Below are positions 8,238 to 16,658 of a stretch of DNA of 45,416 bases, piece after piece. The notes beneath the pieces are model-generated. The model was not told the DNA's origin. It was given only the letters and a program-made list of their open reading frames with translations, and ran no database searches. Made by a program: the position numbers and the translations under genes. The DNA is taken from NCBI GenBank assembly GCA_945897715.1, contig CAMDFS010000001.1, positions 1 to 45,416 of the forward strand. Direction: 5' to 3'. Positions within the stretch are counted from its first letter, which is position 1. Every line of letters begins with the position of its first letter. Origin of the DNA: Chlamydia trachomatis (lineage in GTDB: Bacteria; Chlamydiota; Chlamydiia; Chlamydiales; 2-12-FULL-49-11).

Positions 8238-9650
8238 CTATAAATGTGGGATTGGAAGGACTATTGGGATCCATTCTGAAAAATCCAAGGCCTTTCTATG
8301 GCCGTTAATCACTAATGGGGGGCCCTCTTTTGTAAATCTAGCTGTTTCCTCTCGTCTGTCAGCCTCACCCTTTTCATTAGGGCAGGAGTGACTGCTTAGA
8401 GGGGCCTCTACGATAACTGTAGGGTATTTTTCTGGAAAAGGAAGGTCTTTTCTTATAAAATCTATCGTCAAACCATACATTTTTTCACCTTCCATCATAG
8501 AGTCGTCAATATCTCCTCTCTTTTTGGGTAGTGTTTTTTGGAAAGCCACTACACGATCTAATTTGTCTATGAGTGTGGTTTTATAGGTAGCTTGATAACG
8601 CGTATTTTTTACATGAAAGATCATGAAGCTATTTTCAAAATCGAGCGTATTCCCTCTGTACTGCCCAAACACATAGCCGATAGTCTCCAATAATTTCATC
8701 GTCGTAGCGTTGTAGACGGATTCTAGTGTATTTGGTTTAATGTCCACATCTCTAACCTCGCAAAAATGAGGATGAGATTCATCCTGCATAGCAGAGTAGG
8801 GGATAAGCACTTTTAAAAGATCAACTCTAAAATAAATGGGCATTGAAGGATGAAAACATTCCATAAGATTCGATGGGATCTCTAATGTGCGAACATCACG
8901 AAGCTTAAGATCAATTTCTGTCTCTTTTTTAAACTGTTGAATCATTTCTATTGTTTTGGAGAAAGCCTCTTTTGTAACTTGCGCGCTATCAAACCAAAGT
9001 TGAACAGTTATGTTTTCTCTTTGTGAGGAAATTTCAGTAATTCTAGTTAGAAATTTTTTAAGGTTGGTGTTGTCGGTTCCATTATCAAAAATGCTTTCAC
9101 TGCCTGTAAAGGGATTTTCTTGAATCCATAGTAAGTTAACTCTAACATCAGTAGATGCTATAGGCAATGGAGAAGGGGTGTATATTCCAGGGTGTTGCCA
9201 CTTTATTGCTAGGTTGCGTAAATATTCAAGATTTTCTTCCGTTTGTATGACCTCTTTTTCTGCCATAAGAGCCAATAAACCCTCATTTGATAACCTAAAT
9301 TGTGATTTTTCTTCTGTATAAGGGGGGTCAAAGTCATTAAAAATACAAAAAGCTACTTCTTGCCTTGGGGTCAAAGTGTAATCAAAATTTTTTGTGAAAT
9401 ATTCAATATATGTGTTTAAATCAGCTATTCGACACTTCTCTAGTAGTGTATTAAAAATATCTTCTAATTTTACAGAAGAATTTAATTTTTTAAATAGCTC
9501 TTCTGGCGATTTAGGTAAAAAGTGATTGGAGAAATGGGATTCTAGGATCTCCTTAAACTCAACCAAAGCCTCTTCTGAGTTATTAACTGCCTGAAAATCA
9601 ACAACCTGAGTAATACTTAACGATGGTGACACACTTAATCCTAAAGACAT
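8238..9650 (-). CDS. hypothetical protein with DXD glycosyltransferase-like motifs (candidate effector)
   Basis: 470 aa. GAGG lies 5 nt upstream of the ATG. Collinear motifs are VNLLWIQENP, ITVQLWFDSAQVTKEAF, YFRVDLLKVLIPY and EVRDVDIKP (DXD). CDS confidence is high, functional call moderate to low. Confidence 0.8.
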   Translation of the reverse strand: MSLGLSVSPSLSITQVVDFQAVNNSEEALVEFKEILESHFSNHFLPKSPEELFKKLNSSVKLEDIFNTLLEKCRIADLNTYIEYFTKNFDYTLTPRQEVAFCIFNDFDPPYTEEKSQFRLSNEGLLALMAEKEVIQTEENLEYLRNLAIKWQHPGIYTPSPLPIASTDVRVNLLWIQENPFTGSESIFDNGTDNTNLKKFLTRITEISSQRENITVQLWFDSAQVTKEAFSKTIEMIQQFKKETEIDLKLRDVRTLEIPSNLMECFHPSMPIYFRVDLLKVLIPYSAMQDESHPHFCEVRDVDIKPNTLESVYNATTMKLLETIGYVFGQYRGNTLDFENSFMIFHVKNTRYQATYKTTLIDKLDRVVAFQKTLPKKRGDIDDSMMEGEKMYGLTIDFIRKDLPFPEKYPTVIVEAPLSSHSCPNEKGEADRREETARFTKEGPPLVINGHRKALDFSEWIPIVLPIPHL

Positions 9651-10021
9651 AAAAACCTCATAATAAATTTCGATTAATTATGACATAAATAAGTGATTAC
9701 AAACAAGAAACAAGGTGTGAATTAATAAATTGACGAACGTTAGTTTGTGAAGTTCGTGAAATCGAGGCCTTGTATTATCGTAGTTGTGAGAGAGGGCTAG
9801 TAACTATCTTTATTTTTAATAGAATTATATCTGTAAGATTTGTTAGCATACTCATTAAATTACCAAAGGCAGAGTAATTACAGGAAAGTAACTATTAGCG
9901 TTAAATAGAAATGTCACCTTTTCAGTATAAAAAAGGTGAGCAACAACTAGAGGATGGCGAGTTTATTCTCTTGAGCCTACATCTTGTTTTTGGTAGAATT
10001 ACCGTTAAAGGATTTGGCCAA

Positions 10022-11650
10022 ATGAAAAAAATAATTTCATCAGTAACTGTTTTACTAATAAGCATATTTCTACCTGTCTACAGCTTTTCAAGTGAACCCA
10101 TAAAGGTGATTCGCTATTGCTTCTCTTTTAAAGAAATTTCAAATAATAAATTAATCGTTGAGTGTACGTTTCAAGGTAGTAAAACTGGTACAAGTGAATT
10201 AACATTGCCTCACATGTGGGCAAATCAATTAGAACTAGAAAAGAATATAATGGAATTAAGTTGTATTGAGCATACAATCGAAAATACAGATCAACCTCAT
10301 ATAAAAATCATTCATCATAGTCCCAACGAATTAATCACTTTTAGCTATAGCGTACAGCTTCTTTCCGAGGATCTTTCCGATGAAAATTATTATAGACCTT
10401 TAGGAAATGATTCCTATTTTTATGGAATTGGGCACGGAATTTTTGTTATTCCCTCTGAACAAGATGCAAAAATGTCGATTATTTTACAATGGAATGACAT
10501 TCCGGGGGATTGGAAGATAGCAAATAGCTTTGGAGAGGGGCAGATCTTACAGGAAATAGAGGGCTTCTCTAATGACTTACCCACATATGTTTTTTTAGCA
10601 GGGGATTTTAAAGTAATAAATTGCAATCCAGGGCTACATCCCATTTGTATTGCAATTCGAGGAAATTGGCCCTTTTCTCCAGATGAATTTGCCTCTGTAG
10701 TTCAACAAATAGTCATGACTCAAAGAAATTTTTGGAATGACCATGAATTTCCTTATTACTTAGTCTCAGTAATCCCTATTGATACCAAAAATTGCTATGG
10801 GGGAACTGCACTAACGAATACTTTTTCATTGTTTTTAGGGGACAATAATTACTCCAAAGATGAATCTCTCAAAGAGTTAGCGGGATTAATAAGCCATGAA
10901 CACTTCCATACATGGAATGGGCATAAGATTCATTCTAGTGAACCTCAAGGCTCAATGTATTGGTTTTCAGAAGGATTTACAGAGTATTACTCTCGAAAGT
11001 TAAACTACAGTAGTGGAATCATTTCTAAAAATGAATATGTTGACCTTGTCAATGAGTTTCTAATCGATTATTTTTCATCACCAGTTCATAATATTTCAAA
11101 TGAAACTATTGTAAAAAATTTCTGGACCGATCGAGCTGCATATTTACTTCCTTACGACAGAGGGTTTGTATTGGCTTTGTACCTTGATACAAAAATTCAA
11201 TCCAAGTCGAAAGAGCTTAGTTTGGATAATTTTATGCACGACTTATTAGAATTCTCAAAGAAAAAAAATGGAGGGTTTTCATTTGATGACTTCTTCCATC
11301 TTCTCGGTAATTATGTTGATCAGGAAGATCTTATTTCTATTAAAAAATTTGTAATCGAAGGGGATAGTATTCCTGTTTTGCAAGAAGCAATGGGTTCTGA
11401 CTATCGTTTAGAATGGGAAGACTATATTGGCATTAAGCTTCAAGAATCTCTAGAAAGTGGCTCTATAAAAGGAGTTTTGGATGGAAGTGTAGCTTTTCAA
11501 GCTGGTCTTAAAAACGGGTTAAAAATAGTCGATTTTAATAAAAAGGGAAACCTGATTATTTTTACCGTTATAGATGAAAACGAAGGTGCTCAAAAAAACA
11601 TCACGTATGAAATAAAAGAGTTAAAACAAATTCCTCGGTATCTTAGATAG
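10022..11650 (+). CDS. M61-family (glycyl aminopeptidase-like) metallopeptidase with C-terminal PDZ domain, secreted
   Basis: Has ISHEHFHTWNG (HExxH) followed by WFSEGFTEYY, and a C-terminal GSVAFQAGLKNGLKIVDFN PDZ-like segment. I prefer the start at Met38 of the track ORF (10022), which gives a signal peptide MKKIISSVTVLLISIFLPVYSF. The ORF track start is 9911. Confidence 0.85.
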   Translation: MKKIISSVTVLLISIFLPVYSFSSEPIKVIRYCFSFKEISNNKLIVECTFQGSKTGTSELTLPHMWANQLELEKNIMELSCIEHTIENTDQPHIKIIHHSPNELITFSYSVQLLSEDLSDENYYRPLGNDSYFYGIGHGIFVIPSEQDAKMSIILQWNDIPGDWKIANSFGEGQILQEIEGFSNDLPTYVFLAGDFKVINCNPGLHPICIAIRGNWPFSPDEFASVVQQIVMTQRNFWNDHEFPYYLVSVIPIDTKNCYGGTALTNTFSLFLGDNNYSKDESLKELAGLISHEHFHTWNGHKIHSSEPQGSMYWFSEGFTEYYSRKLNYSSGIISKNEYVDLVNEFLIDYFSSPVHNISNETIVKNFWTDRAAYLLPYDRGFVLALYLDTKIQSKSKELSLDNFMHDLLEFSKKKNGGFSFDDFFHLLGNYVDQEDLISIKKFVIEGDSIPVLQEAMGSDYRLEWEDYIGIKLQESLESGSIKGVLDGSVAFQAGLKNGLKIVDFNKKGNLIIFTVIDENEGAQKNITYEIKELKQIPRYLR

Positions 11651-11789
11651 GCAGGAAATATTGGTTTTATTCCAAAGATAACCAGTATGGAGAAAGTAAA
11701 GAGTATTTGTTTATCATTTCCCTGGAAAGTTGGCTATAGCTATGCTATCATTTCTTAGAAAATTCTAAAATCGACAAGAAAATGAGGTT

Positions 11790-12440
11790 ATGAGCAAATA
11801 TACATTTAAGCCATACAACCCTTTATTTCCGAGTCTGTTCGTAAAAGAAAAGGCTCGAATTTCCAGGCATTTTTTCATTCCTGCGTCTATTGAACATGTT
11901 GGAAGCACTGCCGTTCCTGGACTGGGAGGAAAAGGTATTATCGATATAGCAATTGCTGTAGATAAAGAGCGCATGGAAGAGGCAAAAAATATACTGCAAG
12001 AGCTCGGCTATGAATTCCGCCCTTTTTATAGTACGCCGGACCGCTTTTATTTCATCATCTATCTACCAGATCTTGAAGAAAAAAACAGAAGATACCACCT
12101 TCATTTGACTTATCCTGAAAGTATTGATTGGAAAGGGTTCATTGAATTTAGAAATATTCTCATTAATAATCCAGAGGCGTTGCAAGAATATGCTGAGTTA
12201 AAAATGAAGGCAGCTCTTGATGCAGATCAAGAAGGAGAAAAGTACAGAAAACTGAAAGAGCCTATATTTAAAAAATTCAAAGCTTTTAATGAAAATGCTC
12301 ATCTAAAGAAAGGAAAAGAACTATTTGATTGGAATAGAAAAAATTTGGTGAGTACTTCTCATTTAAAAAAAGAGGAAATAGCACATTTTTTTGCAGAGGA
12401 ATTTACTGTTGTTGCTTATGTTGAGGTTGATAGTAAATGA
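11790..12440 (+). CDS. GrpB-family (nucleotidyltransferase-fold) protein
   Basis: 216 aa. IEHVGSTAVPGLGGKGIIDIAI matches the GrpB/UPF0157 signature. There is a roughly 40-aa C-terminal extension beyond the usual domain length. Confidence 0.8.
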   Translation: MSKYTFKPYNPLFPSLFVKEKARISRHFFIPASIEHVGSTAVPGLGGKGIIDIAIAVDKERMEEAKNILQELGYEFRPFYSTPDRFYFIIYLPDLEEKNRRYHLHLTYPESIDWKGFIEFRNILINNPEALQEYAELKMKAALDADQEGEKYRKLKEPIFKKFKAFNENAHLKKGKELFDWNRKNLVSTSHLKKEEIAHFFAEEFTVVAYVEVDSK

Positions 12441-13099
12441 ATAGGAAACAATTGAAAGTTCACTTAGAATCAATCAGCGAAACAAATGGGATAAATTTTC
12501 TTTCTCCAACAGATAAAAATATTTATAGTGTAGGAATTTCTACAGCAGGCTCTGCTGAAATTAAAATGGCTCAATCTGATAGAAAGAGACATATCATAGC
12601 GACAACTATTGACCCGAAAGGTGCAGAATATACAATGCAGCAATTCAAAGAATTGGGTCTTTTAGATCAGATCGAAGTTAACATCGAAGATGTAAGCAAG
12701 CCTCTTCCTTATCCTACTTGTCATTTCGATTACATCTACGCTCGATTGGTTTTGCATTATCTCGATAAAGATGCACTAGCATCGGCTTTAACAGAGCTAT
12801 ATCGAGTGTTACGAAAGCAAGGGAAAATATTTATTGTGGTTCGATCTGTTGATTGCGTGGAAACTAGTGATAAAACTGCAAGGTTTGATGCAGCCACTGG
12901 ATTAACTACTTATTCTTTGGGGGGGGAATCTTATTCTAGATACTTTCATAGTCAAGAGTCTATAAAAGAGGCGCTCTCTTTAGCAGGGTTTTCTATTGTA
13001 CACATGGATATTTACAAAGAACAGTTATGTGAGGATTTTTATAGAACAAAACTTTCTAGCCAGAAGGATGAGCTTATTGAAGTTTTAGCAATAAAATAA
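12437..13099 (+). CDS. class I SAM-dependent methyltransferase
   Basis: 220 aa. ATGA overlap with grpB-like stop. Has YIYARLVLHYL and ELYRVLRKQGKIFIVV (post-motif II/III of type-11-like MTases). Motif I is divergent (VGISTAGSAE). Confidence 0.65.
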   Translation: MNRKQLKVHLESISETNGINFLSPTDKNIYSVGISTAGSAEIKMAQSDRKRHIIATTIDPKGAEYTMQQFKELGLLDQIEVNIEDVSKPLPYPTCHFDYIYARLVLHYLDKDALASALTELYRVLRKQGKIFIVVRSVDCVETSDKTARFDAATGLTTYSLGGESYSRYFHSQESIKEALSLAGFSIVHMDIYKEQLCEDFYRTKLSSQKDELIEVLAIK

Positions 13100-13109
13100 T
13101 GGAAAAAAT

Positions 13110-14120
13110 ATGGATGTAAGTAGAAAACAAAGACCTAAAATTTCAGTTTATATTGCCTTGAGCATTGATGGATATATTGCCCGTAAAGACGACAGTCTTG
13201 ATTGGCTGGATCGGGTTGGCGGATTTGATGAAGACTACGGCTTCCAAAACATGCTTGCCGGTATTGATGCGCTAATTATCGGTCGCAAGACATATGAAAT
13301 TGCATCGACAGTGGCCGATCCTTACCCTGAAAAAAGAGTGGTTGTATTAAGCAATAACCTAAACTCTGTGAAAGCTGGGATGGAACTTTACCAGGGGGAT
13401 CTTGTAGATCTGACTGAAAAGCTGCACAGGGAAGGGGTCAAGTCTATTTGGGTCGATGGAGGCTCTACCATTTCCCAATTTCTCGATTTACAGCTTGTCG
13501 ATGAGATGACACTTTCTGTTATCCCAATTGTTCTAGGATCTGGCATCCCGTTGTTTCATGCAATAGGAAGAGAAGTTCCTTGCCGCCTTATCTCATCACA
13601 ATCCTATCGAAGTGGACTTGTCCAGCAACATTATGAAATCATAAAGCAGTTTACTGAATTGCAAGATAAAATCCATTTCAAAATTGTCGATCATGGAAGC
13701 GACGATTATAAAAAGTTAGTGACTCTTCGGGAAGAAATTCTGCGCAAACCAGTTGGTCTCTTCTTCACAAAAGAGGAGCTGGAAAAGGAAAAAGAATATG
13801 TCCATATAGCTGGGTTTTTAGGACAGGAAATGTGTGCAACGGCAATGCTTGTTCCTGAGGGTGATGAAATGAAAATGCAAAGAGTAGCATTGAAATCTTC
13901 ATTCCAAGGAAAGGGAATTGGATCTTCTTTGATCCGTTTTTGCGAAAAATATGCTGTCAAACAGGGGTTCAAATCGATCTATTGTCATGCACGGGATACA
14001 GCTGTTAAATTCTATCAGAAAAATCAATATACGCTTGAAGGAGGGCCTTTTGATGAACACGGCATCCCTCATATAAAAATGAAAAAAAAGATTTATGAGC
14101 CTAAAAAAAACCCGCATTAA
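13110..14120 (+). CDS. fusion protein: RibD_C/dihydrofolate-reductase-like domain + ElaA-like GNAT acetyltransferase
   Basis: N-terminal half has ISVYIALSIDGYIARKDDSLDWL, IIGRKTYE and WVDGGSTISQFL. C-terminal half has QRVALKSSFQGKGIGSSLIRFCEKYA and FYQKNQY...GIPHIKM (GNAT A/B motifs). Confidence 0.8.
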   Translation: MDVSRKQRPKISVYIALSIDGYIARKDDSLDWLDRVGGFDEDYGFQNMLAGIDALIIGRKTYEIASTVADPYPEKRVVVLSNNLNSVKAGMELYQGDLVDLTEKLHREGVKSIWVDGGSTISQFLDLQLVDEMTLSVIPIVLGSGIPLFHAIGREVPCRLISSQSYRSGLVQQHYEIIKQFTELQDKIHFKIVDHGSDDYKKLVTLREEILRKPVGLFFTKEELEKEKEYVHIAGFLGQEMCATAMLVPEGDEMKMQRVALKSSFQGKGIGSSLIRFCEKYAVKQGFKSIYCHARDTAVKFYQKNQYTLEGGPFDEHGIPHIKMKKKIYEPKKNPH

Positions 14121-15861
14121 AAAATTTTTCTCCTACTATAAACCTTACCTTGGCCTTTTTGCTGCAGATATGCTTTGCGCGATCACTGTATCTGCAGTTA
14201 TGCTTGCTATCCCTTTGTGTGTTCGAACCATCACTACGAATTTTTTGCAGGTTGGCTCTCTTGAAGCACTTCATCAAATTTACATGATGGGGGCTTTAAT
14301 GGTTGGGCTAATTGCTATTTATGCTTGTTGCTATGCATTCATCGACTATAAAGGGCATGTAATGGGTGCTTTAATGGAAAGAGATATGAGAGAAGAGCTA
14401 TTTGACCATTATCAAAAACTTTCCTTTAAATTTTATGATGACCATAAAACCGGAGAGCTCATGACCCGCATCTCTCACGACACATTCGATCTTACAGAAC
14501 TTTATCACCACGGCCCAGAAGATGCAGTGATTTCAATTTTAAATTTTTTCGGAGCCTTTATCATTTTGTTTAGCATCAATATTAAACTTGCTCTGATTGC
14601 CTTTATATTTGTCTCAGGTATGTGCATTTACGGATATTATACTGCTAAGAAAATGTACGTTGCTTTAAGGAAAAGTAGTGAGAATATCGGAAATATTAAT
14701 GCCCGGGTAGAGGATTCTCTTGCAGGGATTAGAGTGGTTAGATCATTTACTAACGAAGAAATTGAAAAGAAAAAATTCGCCTATAAAAATAATTATTTAC
14801 TCGAGAGTAGAAAAAAAGGCTATAAAGCTGAAATGTATTTATATAACGGGTTAATGTCTTTAACTCAACTCATGAAGGTTGCTATTGTTATTTTCGGAGC
14901 TGTAAGTATCGTAAAAGGGTCGTTGAATCTTGCTGATTTACTCACTTTTTTGATGTACATCGCTGTGTTATATGAACCTATTCAACGTTTGGGCAATTTT
15001 ATTAGATTATATCAGCAGGGTATTACCGGGTTTAACCGTTTTATGGATGTTTTAGAGGTTTTGCCAGAGATTCAAGATGTAAAAGATGCTCAAGATTTAA
15101 CGGAGGTAAGAGGGGAGGTGGAATTTCAAGGGGTTAGCTTTAAATATAAAGAAGAGCACGACCATGTCTTAAACAACCTATCTATAAAAATACATGCTGG
15201 GGAATATGTAGCCCTTGTTGGGGCATCAGGGGTAGGAAAGACCTCTCTATGCTCTTTAATTCCACGATTTTATGAGACAAGCAAAGGAAAAATATTAGTA
15301 GATGGTAAGGATATTAAAAAACTTACCCTCAAATCGCTGAGGAAAAATATAGGAATTGTCCAGCAGGATATTTATCTTTTTGCAGGAACAGTTTTGGAAA
15401 ATATTTCCTATGGAAAGCCTGATGCCACAGAAGAAGAGATTATTGCGGCAGCAAAACAAGCTAATGCGCATGATTTTATTATGAGACTGTCAAATGGATA
15501 TTCTACAGACGTTGGACAGCGGGGGGTAAAGCTTTCTGGAGGGCAGAAACAAAGGCTTAGTATTGCCCGTGTTTTTCTAAAAGATCCCCCTATTCTTATT
15601 TTTGATGAGGCAACAAGCAGCTTGGATAATGAAAGCGAACAAGCTGTGCAAAATTCGCTAGAAAGATTGATGAAGAATCGGACAACAATTGTTATAGCGC
15701 ACCGCTTATCAACAATTAGAAATGCCCAGAGAATTCTTGTATTAACTGATAAGGGGATTGAAGAACAAGGCACCCATAAAGAGCTTATCGCTTTGGGTGG
15801 AGCTTATGCAAACTTATATAATATGCAAATAAGAATTGAGGACACAGAGGAAAATGTTTAA
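14095..15861 (+). CDS. ABC exporter, fused permease/ATPase (MsbA/multidrug type)
   Basis: 588 aa. Six-TM N-terminal half, Walker A GASGVGKTS, signature LSGGQKQRLSIAR, Walker B ILIFDEATSSLD and an H-loop IAHRL. Confidence 0.93.
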   Translation: MSLKKTRIKKFFSYYKPYLGLFAADMLCAITVSAVMLAIPLCVRTITTNFLQVGSLEALHQIYMMGALMVGLIAIYACCYAFIDYKGHVMGALMERDMREELFDHYQKLSFKFYDDHKTGELMTRISHDTFDLTELYHHGPEDAVISILNFFGAFIILFSINIKLALIAFIFVSGMCIYGYYTAKKMYVALRKSSENIGNINARVEDSLAGIRVVRSFTNEEIEKKKFAYKNNYLLESRKKGYKAEMYLYNGLMSLTQLMKVAIVIFGAVSIVKGSLNLADLLTFLMYIAVLYEPIQRLGNFIRLYQQGITGFNRFMDVLEVLPEIQDVKDAQDLTEVRGEVEFQGVSFKYKEEHDHVLNNLSIKIHAGEYVALVGASGVGKTSLCSLIPRFYETSKGKILVDGKDIKKLTLKSLRKNIGIVQQDIYLFAGTVLENISYGKPDATEEEIIAAAKQANAHDFIMRLSNGYSTDVGQRGVKLSGGQKQRLSIARVFLKDPPILIFDEATSSLDNESEQAVQNSLERLMKNRTTIVIAHRLSTIRNAQRILVLTDKGIEEQGTHKELIALGGAYANLYNMQIRIEDTEENV

Positions 15862-16252
15862 TTATTTCATCAGGGCTTCATTAGACCTCTTGCGTAATTA
15901 CATTTACCCACTAAAATCGGGTTGTTTTAGAAAAATGAGCCTAACTATCTTGAATCCACCTATTATTAAAAAAATATTTCTACTTTTTCTCTTTTTTACA
16001 AAATAGATCGAGGTATCTTTGTGTAGCAGCATCAGCAGAATTTTTGATCACAGGGGAATTTTCATCATCAGGTTTAGCTCTACCCTGATGGGAATAAATA
16101 AGCCAAGCTAAATATGTTTGTAAAAAAAATACTACAAACATTGTTATGAGAAAAGACATTAATTAATCCTTATTTTTCTGTAAACGAATCAATAACTATA
16201 CACTTGATTAAAGGATTTTACAAGCACTTTTGGTAACTATCTGATGACCTGC

Positions 16253-16629
16253 GGAATCTGATAAATGGGAAAAAGCTATCGTTAGTAAGCTGGCCGAAGG
16301 GGAATTAATGAATCAACATCAAATTGCTGACTTTGTTGTTTGTAAGAAAGCATTAGCTGAAGATGGAGTTGCTCATTTCTGATGTTTTGCGTGTTAGCAA
16401 ATTAGGGTGTAGTGTAGTTGAAATGGAAGCGGCAACTCTATACGCTATTGGTAAAGAGAAAAAAGTTCAGACCCTCTCTTTGTTTGTTATTAGTGATTCG
16501 CTTACTCAAGAAGAATGGACTCCACGCATTAAGGACCAAGCGGTGAGAGATAATTTACACCAACTGGCAGAATGGGCTTTAGAATTTTCAATGGCACAAA
16601 TAAGCTCGAGAGAACTAGTGCTTCAGTAA
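16253..16629 (+). pseudogene. chimeric gene remnant: DUF1016-gene fragment joined to a frameshifted PNP/UDP-family nucleoside phosphorylase C-terminus
   Basis: 16253-16299 is 43/47 identical to 20296-20342 (ESGKWGEAIVSKLAE region of the DUF1016 gene). One frame downstream reads IADFVVCKKALAEDGVAHF*. The 16363..16629 ORF in another frame carries VVEMEAATLYAIGKEKKVQTLSLFVISD, the phosphorylase C-terminal motif. No N-terminal half is present. Confidence 0.7.
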
Positions 16630-16658
16630 TTTTTTCTGACAGTTTACTTCAAAAATGA

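Noticed and set aside
8700-8760. EVRDVDIKPN in the 470-aa orphan superficially resembles the Ser/Thr kinase catalytic loop HRDxKPxN.
   Set aside because: The register is wrong. The Asn is +4, not +5, from the Asp, and there is an extra VD. I see no glycine-rich loop, VAIK Lys or DFG motif elsewhere. The surrounding motifs fit a DXD glycosyltransferase better.
9913-9940. Hairpin CACCTTTT-N-AAAAGGTG upstream of the M61 peptidase start, a possible attenuator or terminator.
   Set aside because: It lies inside the alternative upstream reading frame, has an A/T-heavy stem and no T-run. There is not enough evidence to call it a regulatory element.
11688-11759. 23-codon ORF MEKVKSICLSFPWKVGYSYAIIS* resembling the N-terminus of MmcQ/YjbR-family proteins.
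   Set aside because: It is far too short to distinguish from chance. At best it is a remnant, so it is not annotated.
15980-16141. 53-aa minus-strand ORF (MFVVFFLQTYLAWLIYSHQGRAKPDD...) with one hydrophobic helix in the decayed region.
   Set aside because: It is below reliable size, I could see no clear SD, and it lies in a region full of gene remnants. It may be real, but I cannot support it from sequence alone.
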